A DNA stretch of 64,000 nucleotides from an uncultured Prochlorococcus sp. (GCA_902536555.1 CACAXR010000003.1:7365-71364), one strand, 5' to 3'; positions 16,479 through 25,243 are shown, numbered from the stretch's first letter. Notes: generated by a model from the letters alone, not told the origin. Translations and numbers: made by a program.

Positions 16479-16778
16479 TTAACCAATAACAAGTCCTTTT
16501 TCAAGAAGTAAATCGAAAACCTCCACACTTTTCGTTTTCCCAAATTTAGGGGGCTTATGTAAATCTAATATTTCAGCGAGGCACATAATCCAATATGTAT
16601 CTTTTTTTAAATTTAGACCTACGCAAATATGGGTGGGGGCAGATTTAAAACAGCCAAATTCTGTTGATATATTAATGTTCATAATTTGAGTTTCAAGTTC
16701 AAGACTTAAAAGTTCTATTTCTTGCTCAGAAAGGGGTGTCCCAAAAGAGTATGATTCAATTAAAAGTTGATAATTCAT
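16479..16778 (-). CDS. Hypothetical protein, paralog of 22111-22401
   Basis: Shared pattern LIxxY...LSxxE...APxxICxxLxL...WxxCxAxxLD. Confidence 0.7.
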   Translation of the reverse strand: MNYQLLIESYSFGTPLSEQEIELLSLELETQIMNINISTEFGCFKSAPTHICVGLNLKKDTYWIMCLAEILDLHKPPKFGKTKSVEVFDLLLEKGLVIG

Positions 16779-16794
16779 AAAAGATTTATTTTTT

Positions 16795-17076
16795 TCAAGA
16801 AATCCATCGAGTTATTTTTGTCCCCGAATAAATATGCCCTGAAGCTTCAACAATAGGTTTTGTTTCAGGATTCATAAAAATATCGTATAGAACATTTTCT
16901 GGTCCTTGAAAAATAATAGTTGCGCTTTGAGGATCATCTTATGATTTACCAATATAAAATGTTTTAACTCTAATTTCTTTAAACATCGACTGCTGTTCCT
17001 CAGCATTCATATGAGATTTTTATTGTTCAAAAGTATTAATTAGTTGAAAATCTAGAATAGTCGTTTCAATAGTCAT
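16795..17076 (-). pseudogene. DUF3764-family pseudogene with two in-frame TAA stops
   Basis: MTIETTILDFQLINTFEQ*KSHMNAEEQQSMFKEIRVKTFYIGKS*DDPQSATIIFQGPENVLYDIFMNPETKPIVEASGHIYSGTKITRWIS*; stops at 17020-17022 and 16939-16941. Confidence 0.8.
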
Positions 17077-17215
17077 AGCAATAATAAGGTGTTTTTTGGA
17101 TTTTAAATCTTTTAGCAAAAAAAATAATTGAATAAAGGTTAGTTTTTATTAAGCAATGTATTAACTAATTTTTATTTATGGGTTATAAATCAACTATAAA
17201 AAACAGATTTTAATT

Positions 17216-18559
17216 TTGGACTCAAAAATTTCTCCAAGAGAACAATGGACTAGTAAGTTGGGATTCATTCTTGCAGCTGCTGGTAGCGCAGTAGGTCTCG
17301 GTAACCTTTGGGGTTTCGCCTACAGAGCCTCTCAAGGTGGAGGTGCTGCTTTTGTACTTTTATACATACTAATAGTTTTAATTGTATGCCTTCCGGTATT
17401 TGTTGCTGAAATGGCTTTAGGAAGAAACGCCACTGCCAGCACATTACTTGCACCAGTAAAGTTAGCTGGAAAAAATTGGTATCCATTAGGAATTCTTTTC
17501 TTTATTGCTCCCTTGGGAATAGCATCATATTATTCAGTCATTATGGGGTGGACCGCAGATACCTTGTTCCATTCATTATTTTTTGGATTACCAAAAAATT
17601 TAAGTGAAGCAGAAGCTTTCTTTGGCTCAATTAGTAGTGGTAGCAGTGTTTTATTGGGGCACCTATTAAGTCTTGTTCTTACAGCCATAATAGTTTCATC
17701 AGGGATAAAAAAAGGAATCGAAAAGGTGACACGATTCTTTATGCCTATACTTTTTATAATTCTTCTATCGCTAGCAATATGGGCCACTTCACTTTCAGGC
17801 GCATGGGAAGGATACAAAACATTTTTGTTTAAGTTTGACTTTGATGAATTAAGGAACCCTCAAACAATAAGAAATGCTTTTACACAAGCTTTCTTTTCTT
17901 TAAGTTTAGGAATTGGAGTTATGGTGACTTATGCTTCCTATCTAAATAAAAAGAGTAATCTTCCAAAACTAAGTGTTGGAGTTGCTTCATTGGATACTTT
18001 GGTGGGTCTTATGGCAGGACTTATTACTTTTCCTATTGTTTTAACATTTGGTTTAAGTGATGCTATTTCTGAATCAACAGTTGGTGCCTTATTTATATCA
18101 ATTCCTACGGGCCTTGGTTCATATGGAGCGGTTGGAAGAATTGTAGCTGTTGCATTTTTTGCACTAGCTTATATTGCAGCAATAACTTCCTCTGTTTCAT
18201 TATTGGAAGTTCCAGTTTCCTCTTTAATGGATAAATTTGGTTTTAAAAGAGAAAAATCTGTTTGGCTGATAACTCTTTTCCTATTCTTAGCAGGCATTCC
18301 TTCTGCATTGAATTTAAACATTCTTGGAACTATTGATTCGATTTTTGGAGGCGTATTACTTATATTTGGTGGATTCTTGGTTACTTTCTTTATGGGATGG
18401 GTAGTACCTGGAAAGTTTAATGAAGAACTTAGTGATTCAAAAGTAGGAATCAAAACGACACGTTATTTGAAATTCATGACAAGATGGGTTGCGCCCCCAA
18501 TTATTGGTTTTGGACTATTTATTAGTGTGTTTGATTTGCTCAAAGGCTGGGTAAGTTAG
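17216..18559 (+). CDS. Sodium-dependent transporter, neurotransmitter:sodium symporter (NSS/LeuT) family
   Basis: REQWTSKLGFILAAAGSAVGLGNLWGF, QAFFSLSLGIG, about 11 TM helices. Confidence 0.93.
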   Translation: MDSKISPREQWTSKLGFILAAAGSAVGLGNLWGFAYRASQGGGAAFVLLYILIVLIVCLPVFVAEMALGRNATASTLLAPVKLAGKNWYPLGILFFIAPLGIASYYSVIMGWTADTLFHSLFFGLPKNLSEAEAFFGSISSGSSVLLGHLLSLVLTAIIVSSGIKKGIEKVTRFFMPILFIILLSLAIWATSLSGAWEGYKTFLFKFDFDELRNPQTIRNAFTQAFFSLSLGIGVMVTYASYLNKKSNLPKLSVGVASLDTLVGLMAGLITFPIVLTFGLSDAISESTVGALFISIPTGLGSYGAVGRIVAVAFFALAYIAAITSSVSLLEVPVSSLMDKFGFKREKSVWLITLFLFLAGIPSALNLNILGTIDSIFGGVLLIFGGFLVTFFMGWVVPGKFNEELSDSKVGIKTTRYLKFMTRWVAPPIIGFGLFISVFDLLKGWVS

Positions 18560-18934
18560 AAAATTTTTACAAGTAATATAGTGCGTAAATAAGAGGGGTG
18601 GTATAAGTTGATCAATAAATTAAATTGTGAATCTTTTTCACATTTTTTTAAAGCATACTTAAAAAAAATTCGTCAATATATATTTATTTACAGTGGTTCT
18701 TGCTTAAAAATTAATATACTGGAGAACTTCTTTTTTATTTTTTAAAAGCCAAAAAATTTTTTCCAAAAAAATTTTCTTACTGCGGACCCTGTTTTTAATT
18801 AAATATTAAATTTTAACTTAAATTAAATCTCAAACGTATCGACAAAAACCATCCCTAATAGAATCTATATAAAATACATTTAGGTGTTTAATTTAAAGAA
18901 ATTAGAGCTCCTAAAAGAATAGATAACAAATTTG

Positions 18935-20638
18935 ATGTCAACCAAATCTGATTCATTAAAAGGAAATCTTACAGAAGATTTTTCTGAATTTTCTCAACTA
19001 TCTGACTATTCTTTTATGAATTCTCTTAAAGCAGATCCTCAATCAACAAAAGATGGAAATGATCATAAGCCGCGTTCAGTATATTCAGGTCATTACGTAC
19101 CAGTTGTTCCAACTGCTATTCCAGATCCAGAATATATTTCCCATAGCAGCAAACTTTTTAAAGAACTAAGGCTAAGCTCAGATCTTACTAAAGACCAACA
19201 TTTTTGTCGTTTTTTCTCAGGTGATATTTCTGTTGCTAAATATCCAATGAGTCCTGTTGGTTGGGCAACAGGTTATGCATTATCAATTTACGGGACTGAA
19301 TATACCCAGCAATGTCCTTTTGGAACTGGCAATGGTTATGGCGATGGCAGAGCAATTTCTGTTTTTGAAGGTTTATTCAATGGGAAAAGAATGGAAATGC
19401 AACTTAAAGGAGGAGGTCCAACTCCCTACTGTCGTGGAGCAGATGGTAGAGCTGTCTTAAGGTCTAGCGTACGAGAATTTCTCGCACAGGAATTAATGAA
19501 TGCCTTGGGAATCCCTACCTCAAGATCTTTAACACTTTATGTCTCTCGTACAGAAATAGTTAGAAGACCGTGGTATTCCAAAGGGTCCAGATATTTTGAA
19601 CCTGATATCATGATTGATAATCAAGCGGCAATTACTACGAGAGTCGCTCCATCTTTTTTACGTGTAGGCCAGATTGAACTTTTTGCAAGACGAGTTCGTA
19701 ATAATGCGCATGATGAGGCCCTCAATGAACTAAAGATGATAGTTCAACATCTAATTGATAGAAATTATAAATATGAAATTGAATATGAGATTTCAATTGA
19801 AAGTAAAGTAATTAAACTGGCTACTTTATACAGATCAAGACTTATATCACTTATAGCCAACTGGATGAGAGTTGGTTATTGCCAGGGTAATTTCAATAGT
19901 GATAATTGTGCTGCTGGAGGTTATACCTTGGATTATGGTCCCTTTGGATTCTGTGAATTATTTGATCCAAGATTTCAGCCATGGACAGGTGGAGGTGAAC
20001 ATTTCTCATTTTTTAACCAGCCTTCTGCAGCGGCAATCAACTTTAAAACATTCTGTTTATCTCTTAGTCCGTTACTTTCACAAAGCAAACAAGATCAAGA
20101 AAAGTTAGATCAAATCGAAAAAGACTTTTCTGAATTAATGAATAAGGAATTGATGAAAATGTGGGCAAACAAGCTTGGTTTAGAACGTTACAACGAAACT
20201 ATAATAAATGAATTTTTTAATCTCATGGTCATTTCAAAAGCAGACTACACAATTTTGTTCCGTAAACTGTCTGAAATACCTGATAACTTAGATTCTTTAA
20301 AAGACTGTTTCTATTTACCAATTAATGACGAGCTCAATAATAGGTGGGAAGTATGGCTTGAAAACTGGCAATCAGTCTTGAAGAAAGAGGGAAATATTAA
20401 AGCAAAATCGGCATCAATGAAGTCCCTTAATCCAGTCTATACTTGGCGCGAATGGATGGTCGTTCCAGCATATGAAGAAGCTGAAAAGGGAAATTACAAA
20501 AAAATAAAAGAGTTACAGGATGTCTTTAGTAATCCATATTTAGAACAACCCCCAGAAATAGATCAAAAATATAATCGACTAAAGCCAAGCCAGTATTTTA
20601 ACTATGGAGGAGTATCTCATTACAGTTGTTCTTCATAA
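18935..20638 (+). CDS. selO: SelO/YdiU protein adenylyltransferase (AMPylase)
   Basis: GDGRA, QLKGGGPTPYCRGADGRAVLRSSVREFLAQE, GNFNSDN, LDYGPFGF, C-terminal SCSS. Confidence 0.9.
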   Translation: MSTKSDSLKGNLTEDFSEFSQLSDYSFMNSLKADPQSTKDGNDHKPRSVYSGHYVPVVPTAIPDPEYISHSSKLFKELRLSSDLTKDQHFCRFFSGDISVAKYPMSPVGWATGYALSIYGTEYTQQCPFGTGNGYGDGRAISVFEGLFNGKRMEMQLKGGGPTPYCRGADGRAVLRSSVREFLAQELMNALGIPTSRSLTLYVSRTEIVRRPWYSKGSRYFEPDIMIDNQAAITTRVAPSFLRVGQIELFARRVRNNAHDEALNELKMIVQHLIDRNYKYEIEYEISIESKVIKLATLYRSRLISLIANWMRVGYCQGNFNSDNCAAGGYTLDYGPFGFCELFDPRFQPWTGGGEHFSFFNQPSAAAINFKTFCLSLSPLLSQSKQDQEKLDQIEKDFSELMNKELMKMWANKLGLERYNETIINEFFNLMVISKADYTILFRKLSEIPDNLDSLKDCFYLPINDELNNRWEVWLENWQSVLKKEGNIKAKSASMKSLNPVYTWREWMVVPAYEEAEKGNYKKIKELQDVFSNPYLEQPPEIDQKYNRLKPSQYFNYGGVSHYSCSS

Positions 20639-20680
20639 AAGTTCAATCCTCATACTGATAGAAAAACTTTGAGAAAAATC

Positions 20681-21103
20681 TTATTTATTTATGGCCGTAG
20701 GCATTCCAACTACTGATACAACTCCCACATGAAGTATGGCCGGCTTCTTTCCAACATTTTTCACATAGTGTGGGGCCCCATTATTACTCTCTATAAATGC
20801 ATCACCCACTTTAAAGAAATTAATTTCTTCACCCCTCACATGTTCTAATCTTCCTCTGGTGACATGAATCAACATTGGGGAAGGATGAGTATGAATTGGA
20901 GTTTTCAACCCAACTGGAATTTTTACTTTTAAGAGTCTTAATTCAGGCTTACCCTCGAGATAATTAAAATTTTTACCACTTAGTCCTTTTGAACTTTGAA
21001 TAATAGGTATAACTTCAATCTTTTCTTCAGCAAGAGAAGGTTGTGGTAAAACTAAAGTACCAATAAAAAAGAAACAAAATGGAATAAATGTTTTTATTTT
21101 CAT
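20681..21103 (-). CDS. Exported cupin-domain protein
   Basis: Signal peptide (SLA-EE), PIHTHP...GDAFIES...HYVKN cupin motifs. Confidence 0.8.
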   Translation of the reverse strand: MKIKTFIPFCFFFIGTLVLPQPSLAEEKIEVIPIIQSSKGLSGKNFNYLEGKPELRLLKVKIPVGLKTPIHTHPSPMLIHVTRGRLEHVRGEEINFFKVGDAFIESNNGAPHYVKNVGKKPAILHVGVVSVVGMPTAINK

Positions 21104-21156
21104 TAGATATTTGAGTTTCACTAATAATAGGTAGTTTGCAAAAATAATAAACTAAT

Positions 21157-21318
21157 TTATTTTTTATATAACTTTTCTAATTGCTTAATTTCCTCTCTTA
21201 AATCCTTACCTCTCTTATTTAATTTATTATTTTTAATAACTATTGGGATAATCCACCAGGCTTGAAGACCTAAAAAGATAAATACTAGGATCAATAATTC
21301 AAAAGTACCAGGCTGCAT
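21157..21318 (-). CDS. 53-aa TM plus coiled-coil microprotein
   Basis: MQPGTFELLILVFIFLGLQAWWIIPIVIKNNKLNKRGKDLREEIKQLEKLYKK*. Confidence 0.6.
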   Translation of the reverse strand: MQPGTFELLILVFIFLGLQAWWIIPIVIKNNKLNKRGKDLREEIKQLEKLYKK

Positions 21319-21391
21319 TTGATAAATAACCCTTCTTTGTTAATAACATTATTCTAAAAGTTATTAAACATTCATGAGATTTGGAATTTTT

Positions 21392-21574
21392 CTAGGCTGC
21401 CTCTAATTTAATATTAAGTTCAATTCCCTTTGAAATGATTGCTTCTTTAAATTCAATAAGTTTGGAAATTATTCTTTGCTTCTCAGGATCAGTTTTGTGG
21501 ATATCATCTACAACTTCCTGCATTGCAAGTTTTACTTTTTGTAGTTTGATTTCTAGATCTTCCCTGTAATTCAT
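21392..21574 (-). CDS. 60-aa helical hypothetical protein
   Basis: ATG ORF, amphipathic helices, ends EAA. Confidence 0.65.
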   Translation of the reverse strand: MNYREDLEIKLQKVKLAMQEVVDDIHKTDPEKQRIISKLIEFKEAIISKGIELNIKLEAA

Positions 21575-21678
21575 AAGCTTAAAAAAATTATCTTATTTAT
21601 TAAAAACCAAAATAATTATTAGTAAATAAGTACTTAACCTTAAAAGGATTGACAGCAAAACAAGGAGGATATAATTTA

Positions 21679-21694
21679 TAGTACAAACGTATCA
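21679..21694. promoter_or_regulatory. Cyanobacterial LexA-box-like site
   Basis: TAGTACAAACGTATCA vs consensus TAGTAC-N4-GTACTA; just downstream of TTGACA (21649) and TATAAT (21670). Confidence 0.55.
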
Positions 21695-21723
21695 ATAATT
21701 AGCCGGCCGATTAAAGGTAAAGT

Positions 21724-21993
21724 ATGGAGCCTAAATACTCATTTGGTTGTAGCACTAGCAAACCCAACGGATGCCTACTAAATCCCGAAGGCAGCAGAAT
21801 CATATTTTTCGAAGAATGCAAAAATTATCCTAAACCTAATTTAAAAATTCATACTCATCTTTTCTACACAAATCACCTTGGCGAACCTGGAGGGTACAAA
21901 TCCTCTGAAAAACTCAACATAGATTCAGCTTGGGAAAAGTGGCACGAACTGCACCAAAAAGGATGGACAGAAGTATCTCATAATTACGGATAA
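21724..21993 (+). CDS. DUF1651 family protein
   Basis: GCLLNPEGSRIIFF...SAWEKWHELHQKGW signature. Confidence 0.75.
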   Translation: MEPKYSFGCSTSKPNGCLLNPEGSRIIFFEECKNYPKPNLKIHTHLFYTNHLGEPGGYKSSEKLNIDSAWEKWHELHQKGWTEVSHNYG

Positions 21994-22110
21994 GTGATAC
22001 GGCCAAGAAAAAGTCTTTATAGATGAAAGTTGTAAACTAGCTCCTTTTTTTTTATCTTGCTATACAAATAATAAAAGATGATTTAACTTCTTCTGCTTCA
22101 ATAAAATATT

Positions 22111-22401
22111 GTGGAATTAACTGAGCTAATTAGGGATTACGTTGCTACAGAATTATTATCAAGTATTGAACTTGACTTTCTTGAAGGAGAATTATGGGAA
22201 ACTACACAACATATCGCAGAAATAAGTACAGTAATCAAAGCCCCTAAAAACATATGCAAGAAATTAGGACTAGATGAAAAATCTTGTTGGCATTTATGCT
22301 GTGCAGCAGTTCTTGACTCCTCAAGACCATTAAAAAATGGACAAAATAGAGTTGATGATTTTAAAAAACTAATTAATCTAAATGAAATCAGCTACATATA
22401 A
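22111..22401 (+). CDS. Hypothetical protein, paralog of 16479-16778
   Basis: KAPKNICKKLGL...WHLCCAAVLD; GTG start. Confidence 0.7.
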   Translation: MELTELIRDYVATELLSSIELDFLEGELWETTQHIAEISTVIKAPKNICKKLGLDEKSCWHLCCAAVLDSSRPLKNGQNRVDDFKKLINLNEISYI

Positions 22402-22412
22402 AAAAAGACTCA

Positions 22413-22709
22413 ATGATACGTTTACTTATTGCATCAATTCTTTTTTTTATACCACTAGGAGGTTTTGCTGATGAAAAGCAAAGAGAAATTGAGAATCAAG
22501 CTATAAATCTTGTCATTAAAAAATATGGAAAAGGCCTAGAAAATAGATTAAAAGGAACTGGAGTAACCCCCAGTTATCGAAGTTGGTATGAAAATGATTG
22601 TTTTGTAAGTATTGCAGCAGGTACATACCAAGAGGATACTTGGTCGGCAATAAAGTGGTTTAGCGTTAATGTCTGTTTTGAATCAGCTGAGATAATGGAA
22701 AGTGAATGA
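22413..22709 (+). CDS. Exported hypothetical protein
   Basis: Signal peptide (GFA-DE), Cys pair; ATGA overlap with the next gene. Confidence 0.7.
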   Translation: MIRLLIASILFFIPLGGFADEKQREIENQAINLVIKKYGKGLENRLKGTGVTPSYRSWYENDCFVSIAAGTYQEDTWSAIKWFSVNVCFESAEIMESE

Positions 22710-23443
22710 AGGGAATAAGACGCCTATTAGTTTTACAGCATTTGGAAATAGAGGGGCCAGGTCTTTTTGCACAATTTGCTAAAGAAAGAAATTTAAAAAT
22801 TGAAATAATTCGTTTAGATAATAAAAATGCTCTGCCACAAACAAAAAATGGTGACTTAATTTTAATTATGGGTGGACCAATGGGAGTTAAAGATATTGGA
22901 AGTGACAGATATCCATGGCTTAAGTTAGAAAGAGATTTTATAAAAAAAGAATTAGAAAATGAGAGACCTATAATCGGTGTTTGCTTAGGTGCTCAGTTGC
23001 TTGCGAGTGCTGCTGGAGGAGATGTAGAAATTCTTAAATATGGATCACCTCCAAAATCATTACCAGAAATTGGATGGTCTCAGATTTTTATAGACAAATC
23101 GAATAAAGACTTTAAAGCACTATTTGAAGACCCTTTTCATGTACTGCATTGGCATGGAGATAGGATTTTATTACCTAATAAAGCAGTACTCATTGCTAGT
23201 AGTACACGTTGTAAGGAACAGTTTTTTAGGATTGGTAATTTTGCTTACGGATTACAATTCCATATAGAGACAACGGGAGGAATGATAAATAAGTGGATTA
23301 AAGAAGATAAAGAATTTGTCTTTAAAGGATTGGGCTCAAATGGTCAGGAAATTTTAAAAGAAGAGAATAAAAAATATATTGATAAAACTTTTTTCAAAAG
23401 AAAGCTTTTAATAAATAAATTATTTGAATTATTAGATAACTAA
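22706..23443 (+). CDS. Type 1 glutamine amidotransferase (GMP-synthase-like/peptidase C26)
   Basis: MGGPMG, GVCLGAQ nucleophile elbow, HWHGD, GLQFHIE. Confidence 0.9.
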   Translation: MKGIRRLLVLQHLEIEGPGLFAQFAKERNLKIEIIRLDNKNALPQTKNGDLILIMGGPMGVKDIGSDRYPWLKLERDFIKKELENERPIIGVCLGAQLLASAAGGDVEILKYGSPPKSLPEIGWSQIFIDKSNKDFKALFEDPFHVLHWHGDRILLPNKAVLIASSTRCKEQFFRIGNFAYGLQFHIETTGGMINKWIKEDKEFVFKGLGSNGQEILKEENKKYIDKTFFKRKLLINKLFELLDN

Positions 23444-23467
23444 AAAGGGAATAATATAATCTTCCAG

Positions 23468-23491
23468 TAAAAAAGGGCTTGATAAAGCCCT
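23468..23491 (-). terminator. Intrinsic terminator between convergent GATase and hli genes
   Basis: Minus strand GGGCTT-TATC-AAGCCC-TTTTTT. Confidence 0.7.
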
Positions 23492-23516
23492 GAAAAAAAA
23501 TTAAAAAGGATTTCTA

Positions 23517-23645
23517 CTAGAAAATTCCAGGAAGAATTTGACCAGTGAAATAATAAGCTCCTACAAGAGCGAACATTCCAAGCATTGCAGCTTTACCATT
23601 AAGCTTTTCAGCTTTTTCGGTCATGATTTTTTTTGCGAATTCCAT
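23517..23645 (-). CDS. hli: High-light-inducible protein (HLIP), 42 aa
   Basis: Missed by the ORF track: MEFAKKIMTEKAEKLNGKAAMLGMFALVGAYYFTGQILPGIF*; AExxNG+xAMLG and TGQIxPGxF motifs. Confidence 0.9.
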   Translation of the reverse strand: MEFAKKIMTEKAEKLNGKAAMLGMFALVGAYYFTGQILPGIF

Positions 23646-23671
23646 AATGAAGTGAAATATATTATATCTAA

Positions 23672-23713
23672 AAGTTAATTATTAAAATTTCAGAATGATG
23701 TAGTTTTTTCTAC
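23672..23713 (-). promoter_or_regulatory. NtcA-activated (class II) promoter of the minus-strand hli
   Basis: GTA-N8-TAC at 23700-23713, 22-nt spacer, -10 TAACTT (TAN3T) at 23677-23672. Confidence 0.65.
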
Positions 23714-23919
23714 CAAATTGATATCTTTCTAAAGATTTAAAAATAAATACTTAAACAAAGAACTGAACTCTTAATAGTTTTCGAGCCAATCTGCAAAGCG
23801 AAGCAAGCCTAAAAAACAACTATTTAAAAGTATATGTCACGTATATGTAACATTTATGTAGTAAATATTTCGAAAATAACTTAATTTAGGCTTAATACTT
23901 TACATTTGTTAATAGTAGT

Positions 23920-23937
23920 GTTACATTAATTAACAAT
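23920..23937 (+). promoter_or_regulatory. HLR1/RpaB-like direct repeat upstream of the hli operon
   Basis: GTTACATT-aa-TTAACAAT; another TTTACATT half-site at about 23899. Confidence 0.55.
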
Positions 23938-23949
23938 TACACAACTTCA

Positions 23950-24156
23950 ATGGCTAATTCAAACGTTACTACTGAATCAGGCGGCAGGCAAAACATGTTT
24001 CCTACAGAAACACGTCCTTACATAGATGAGTCTGTTTCTTACGACAGCTACCCACAAAATGCAGAAAAAGTTAATGGTCGTTGGGCAATGATTGGCCTTG
24101 TTGCATTAGTAGGTGCTTACGTTTCAACCGGACAAATTATTCCTGGCATTTTTTAA
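23950..24156 (+). CDS. hli: High-light-inducible protein (68 aa)
   Basis: AEKVNGRWAMIG...TGQIIPGIF. Confidence 0.95.
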   Translation: MANSNVTTESGGRQNMFPTETRPYIDESVSYDSYPQNAEKVNGRWAMIGLVALVGAYVSTGQIIPGIF

Positions 24157-24416
24157 TGAGTCCACTTTCAGGTTTCTTAGCCGTAATTGTATTCTTTACA
24201 GCCATCCTCGTTGCTTATTTAACCAAGCAATTTCAAAACGAAAATTTAAACTATTCATCTTCTAATCAAATGAAAAACACAAACACAAAAGTCAAAACAA
24301 TCGAAAAAGAAAAAGTTGTTGCTGAAACTCTTAACGGCAGATTCGCAATGCTTGGATTAATTGCTGCTGTTGGAGCATACCTAACAACAGGCCAAATAAT
24401 TCCTGGTTTCGTTTAA
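24156..24416 (+). CDS. hli: High-light-inducible protein (86 aa, extra N-terminal TM)
   Basis: Start ATG 24156 overlaps the previous stop (TAATG); AETLNGRFAMLG...TGQIIPGFV. Confidence 0.9.
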   Translation: MSPLSGFLAVIVFFTAILVAYLTKQFQNENLNYSSSNQMKNTNTKVKTIEKEKVVAETLNGRFAMLGLIAAVGAYLTTGQIIPGFV

Positions 24417-24451
24417 AAACCTACTATTTAACATTTATACAAATCAGAAAA

Positions 24452-24580
24452 ATGGAAAATTCAAAACCAACTTATTGGCAAAACGCCGAGAGAACTAATG
24501 GAAGAATGGCAATGATGGGCTTATTTGCATTAGTTGTAAATTATGGCTTATTCGGATGGATAATCCCAGGAATTTTTTAA
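24452..24580 (+). CDS. hli: High-light-inducible protein (42 aa)
   Basis: Missed by the ORF track: MENSKPTYWQNAERTNGRMAMMGLFALVVNYGLFGWIIPGIF*. Confidence 0.9.
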   Translation: MENSKPTYWQNAERTNGRMAMMGLFALVVNYGLFGWIIPGIF

Positions 24581-24581
24581 A

Positions 24582-24761
24582 ATGAATTTAGGCTTACTTT
24601 TTCTTAAAGTAAATACTTTGGGAGTTATAACTCTTTCTGAACTTGATTGGATAACTAACCATCAATCTGAATTTTCTAGGTTAGATATGGCTTTAGTTAT
24701 TAAGATCGGCCGTCTTATGGATTCTGGAATAGTAGAAATTGATAATAGATTGCCTGTTTAA
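24582..24761 (+). CDS. 59-aa non-HLIP hypothetical protein at the end of the hli operon
   Basis: MNLGLLFLKVNTLGVITLSELDWITNHQSEFSRLDMALVIKIGRLMDSGIVEIDNRLPV*; starts 1 nt after the hli stop. Confidence 0.7.
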   Translation: MNLGLLFLKVNTLGVITLSELDWITNHQSEFSRLDMALVIKIGRLMDSGIVEIDNRLPV

Positions 24762-24783
24762 TTTTTAAAAAATAATCGTCATG

Positions 24784-24820
24784 AGTGTTTGTCAATAGGG
24801 ATACTGACAAACACTTTTTT
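24784..24820 (+). terminator. Intrinsic terminator of the hli operon
   Basis: AGTGTTTGTCA-N10-TGACAAACACT-TTTTT. Confidence 0.7.
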
Positions 24821-24838
24821 ATGAGAAAAAATATTTGT

Positions 24839-24876
24839 AAAAAAAAGAGATTGTTTCTTAGCTAAAAACAATCTCT
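24839..24876 (-). terminator. Intrinsic terminator for minus-strand genes
   Basis: AGAGATTGTTT-N9-AAACAATCTCT with an A-run on its left. Confidence 0.6.
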
Positions 24877-24969
24877 CAATTACCTAATTCTTACATGAGA
24901 ATTTCAAGTAAGCTTTCAGATCTTAACTGATTTGTTTTTATAGTAAATCCGTAAAAATGCTTTTGTAAT

Positions 24970-25185
24970 TTATCTTTTTAAACCACCTCTTTTTATCCAA
25001 AGGAACCATGTAACCCAAATAGGAGGAAGGAATCTGATTAAAAAAGAAATTTTATATATATAGAATGGGGCATTTTCACTTTGAAATAAATTCATCAAAA
25101 AGGAAGATATAGTTACCCAAAGTAAAATTATTAATATATTTGCTCCCAACAAAGCGAACTTATTTTGTTTGAATATTTTTGGCAT
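24970..25185 (-). CDS. Small 2-TM membrane protein
   Basis: Two hydrophobic segments. Confidence 0.55.
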   Translation of the reverse strand: MPKIFKQNKFALLGANILIILLWVTISSFLMNLFQSENAPFYIYKISFLIRFLPPIWVTWFLWIKRGGLKR

Positions 25186-25243
25186 AAAATAAATTTTTTG
25201 TATTCTTAATTTTAAATTATCTCGGGAAATAAATAATACATTT

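Noticed and set aside
18626-18642. CRP-like site TGTGA...TCACA
   Set aside because: Spacer is 7 nt rather than 6 and no clear promoter is associated
20620-20638. Possible selenocysteine in SelO
   Set aside because: Ends SCSS-TAA with Cys; no in-frame TGA
24081-24155. TTG-initiated extension of the second plus-strand hli
   Set aside because: Overlaps the preceding hli out of frame; the coupled ATG at 24156 fits better
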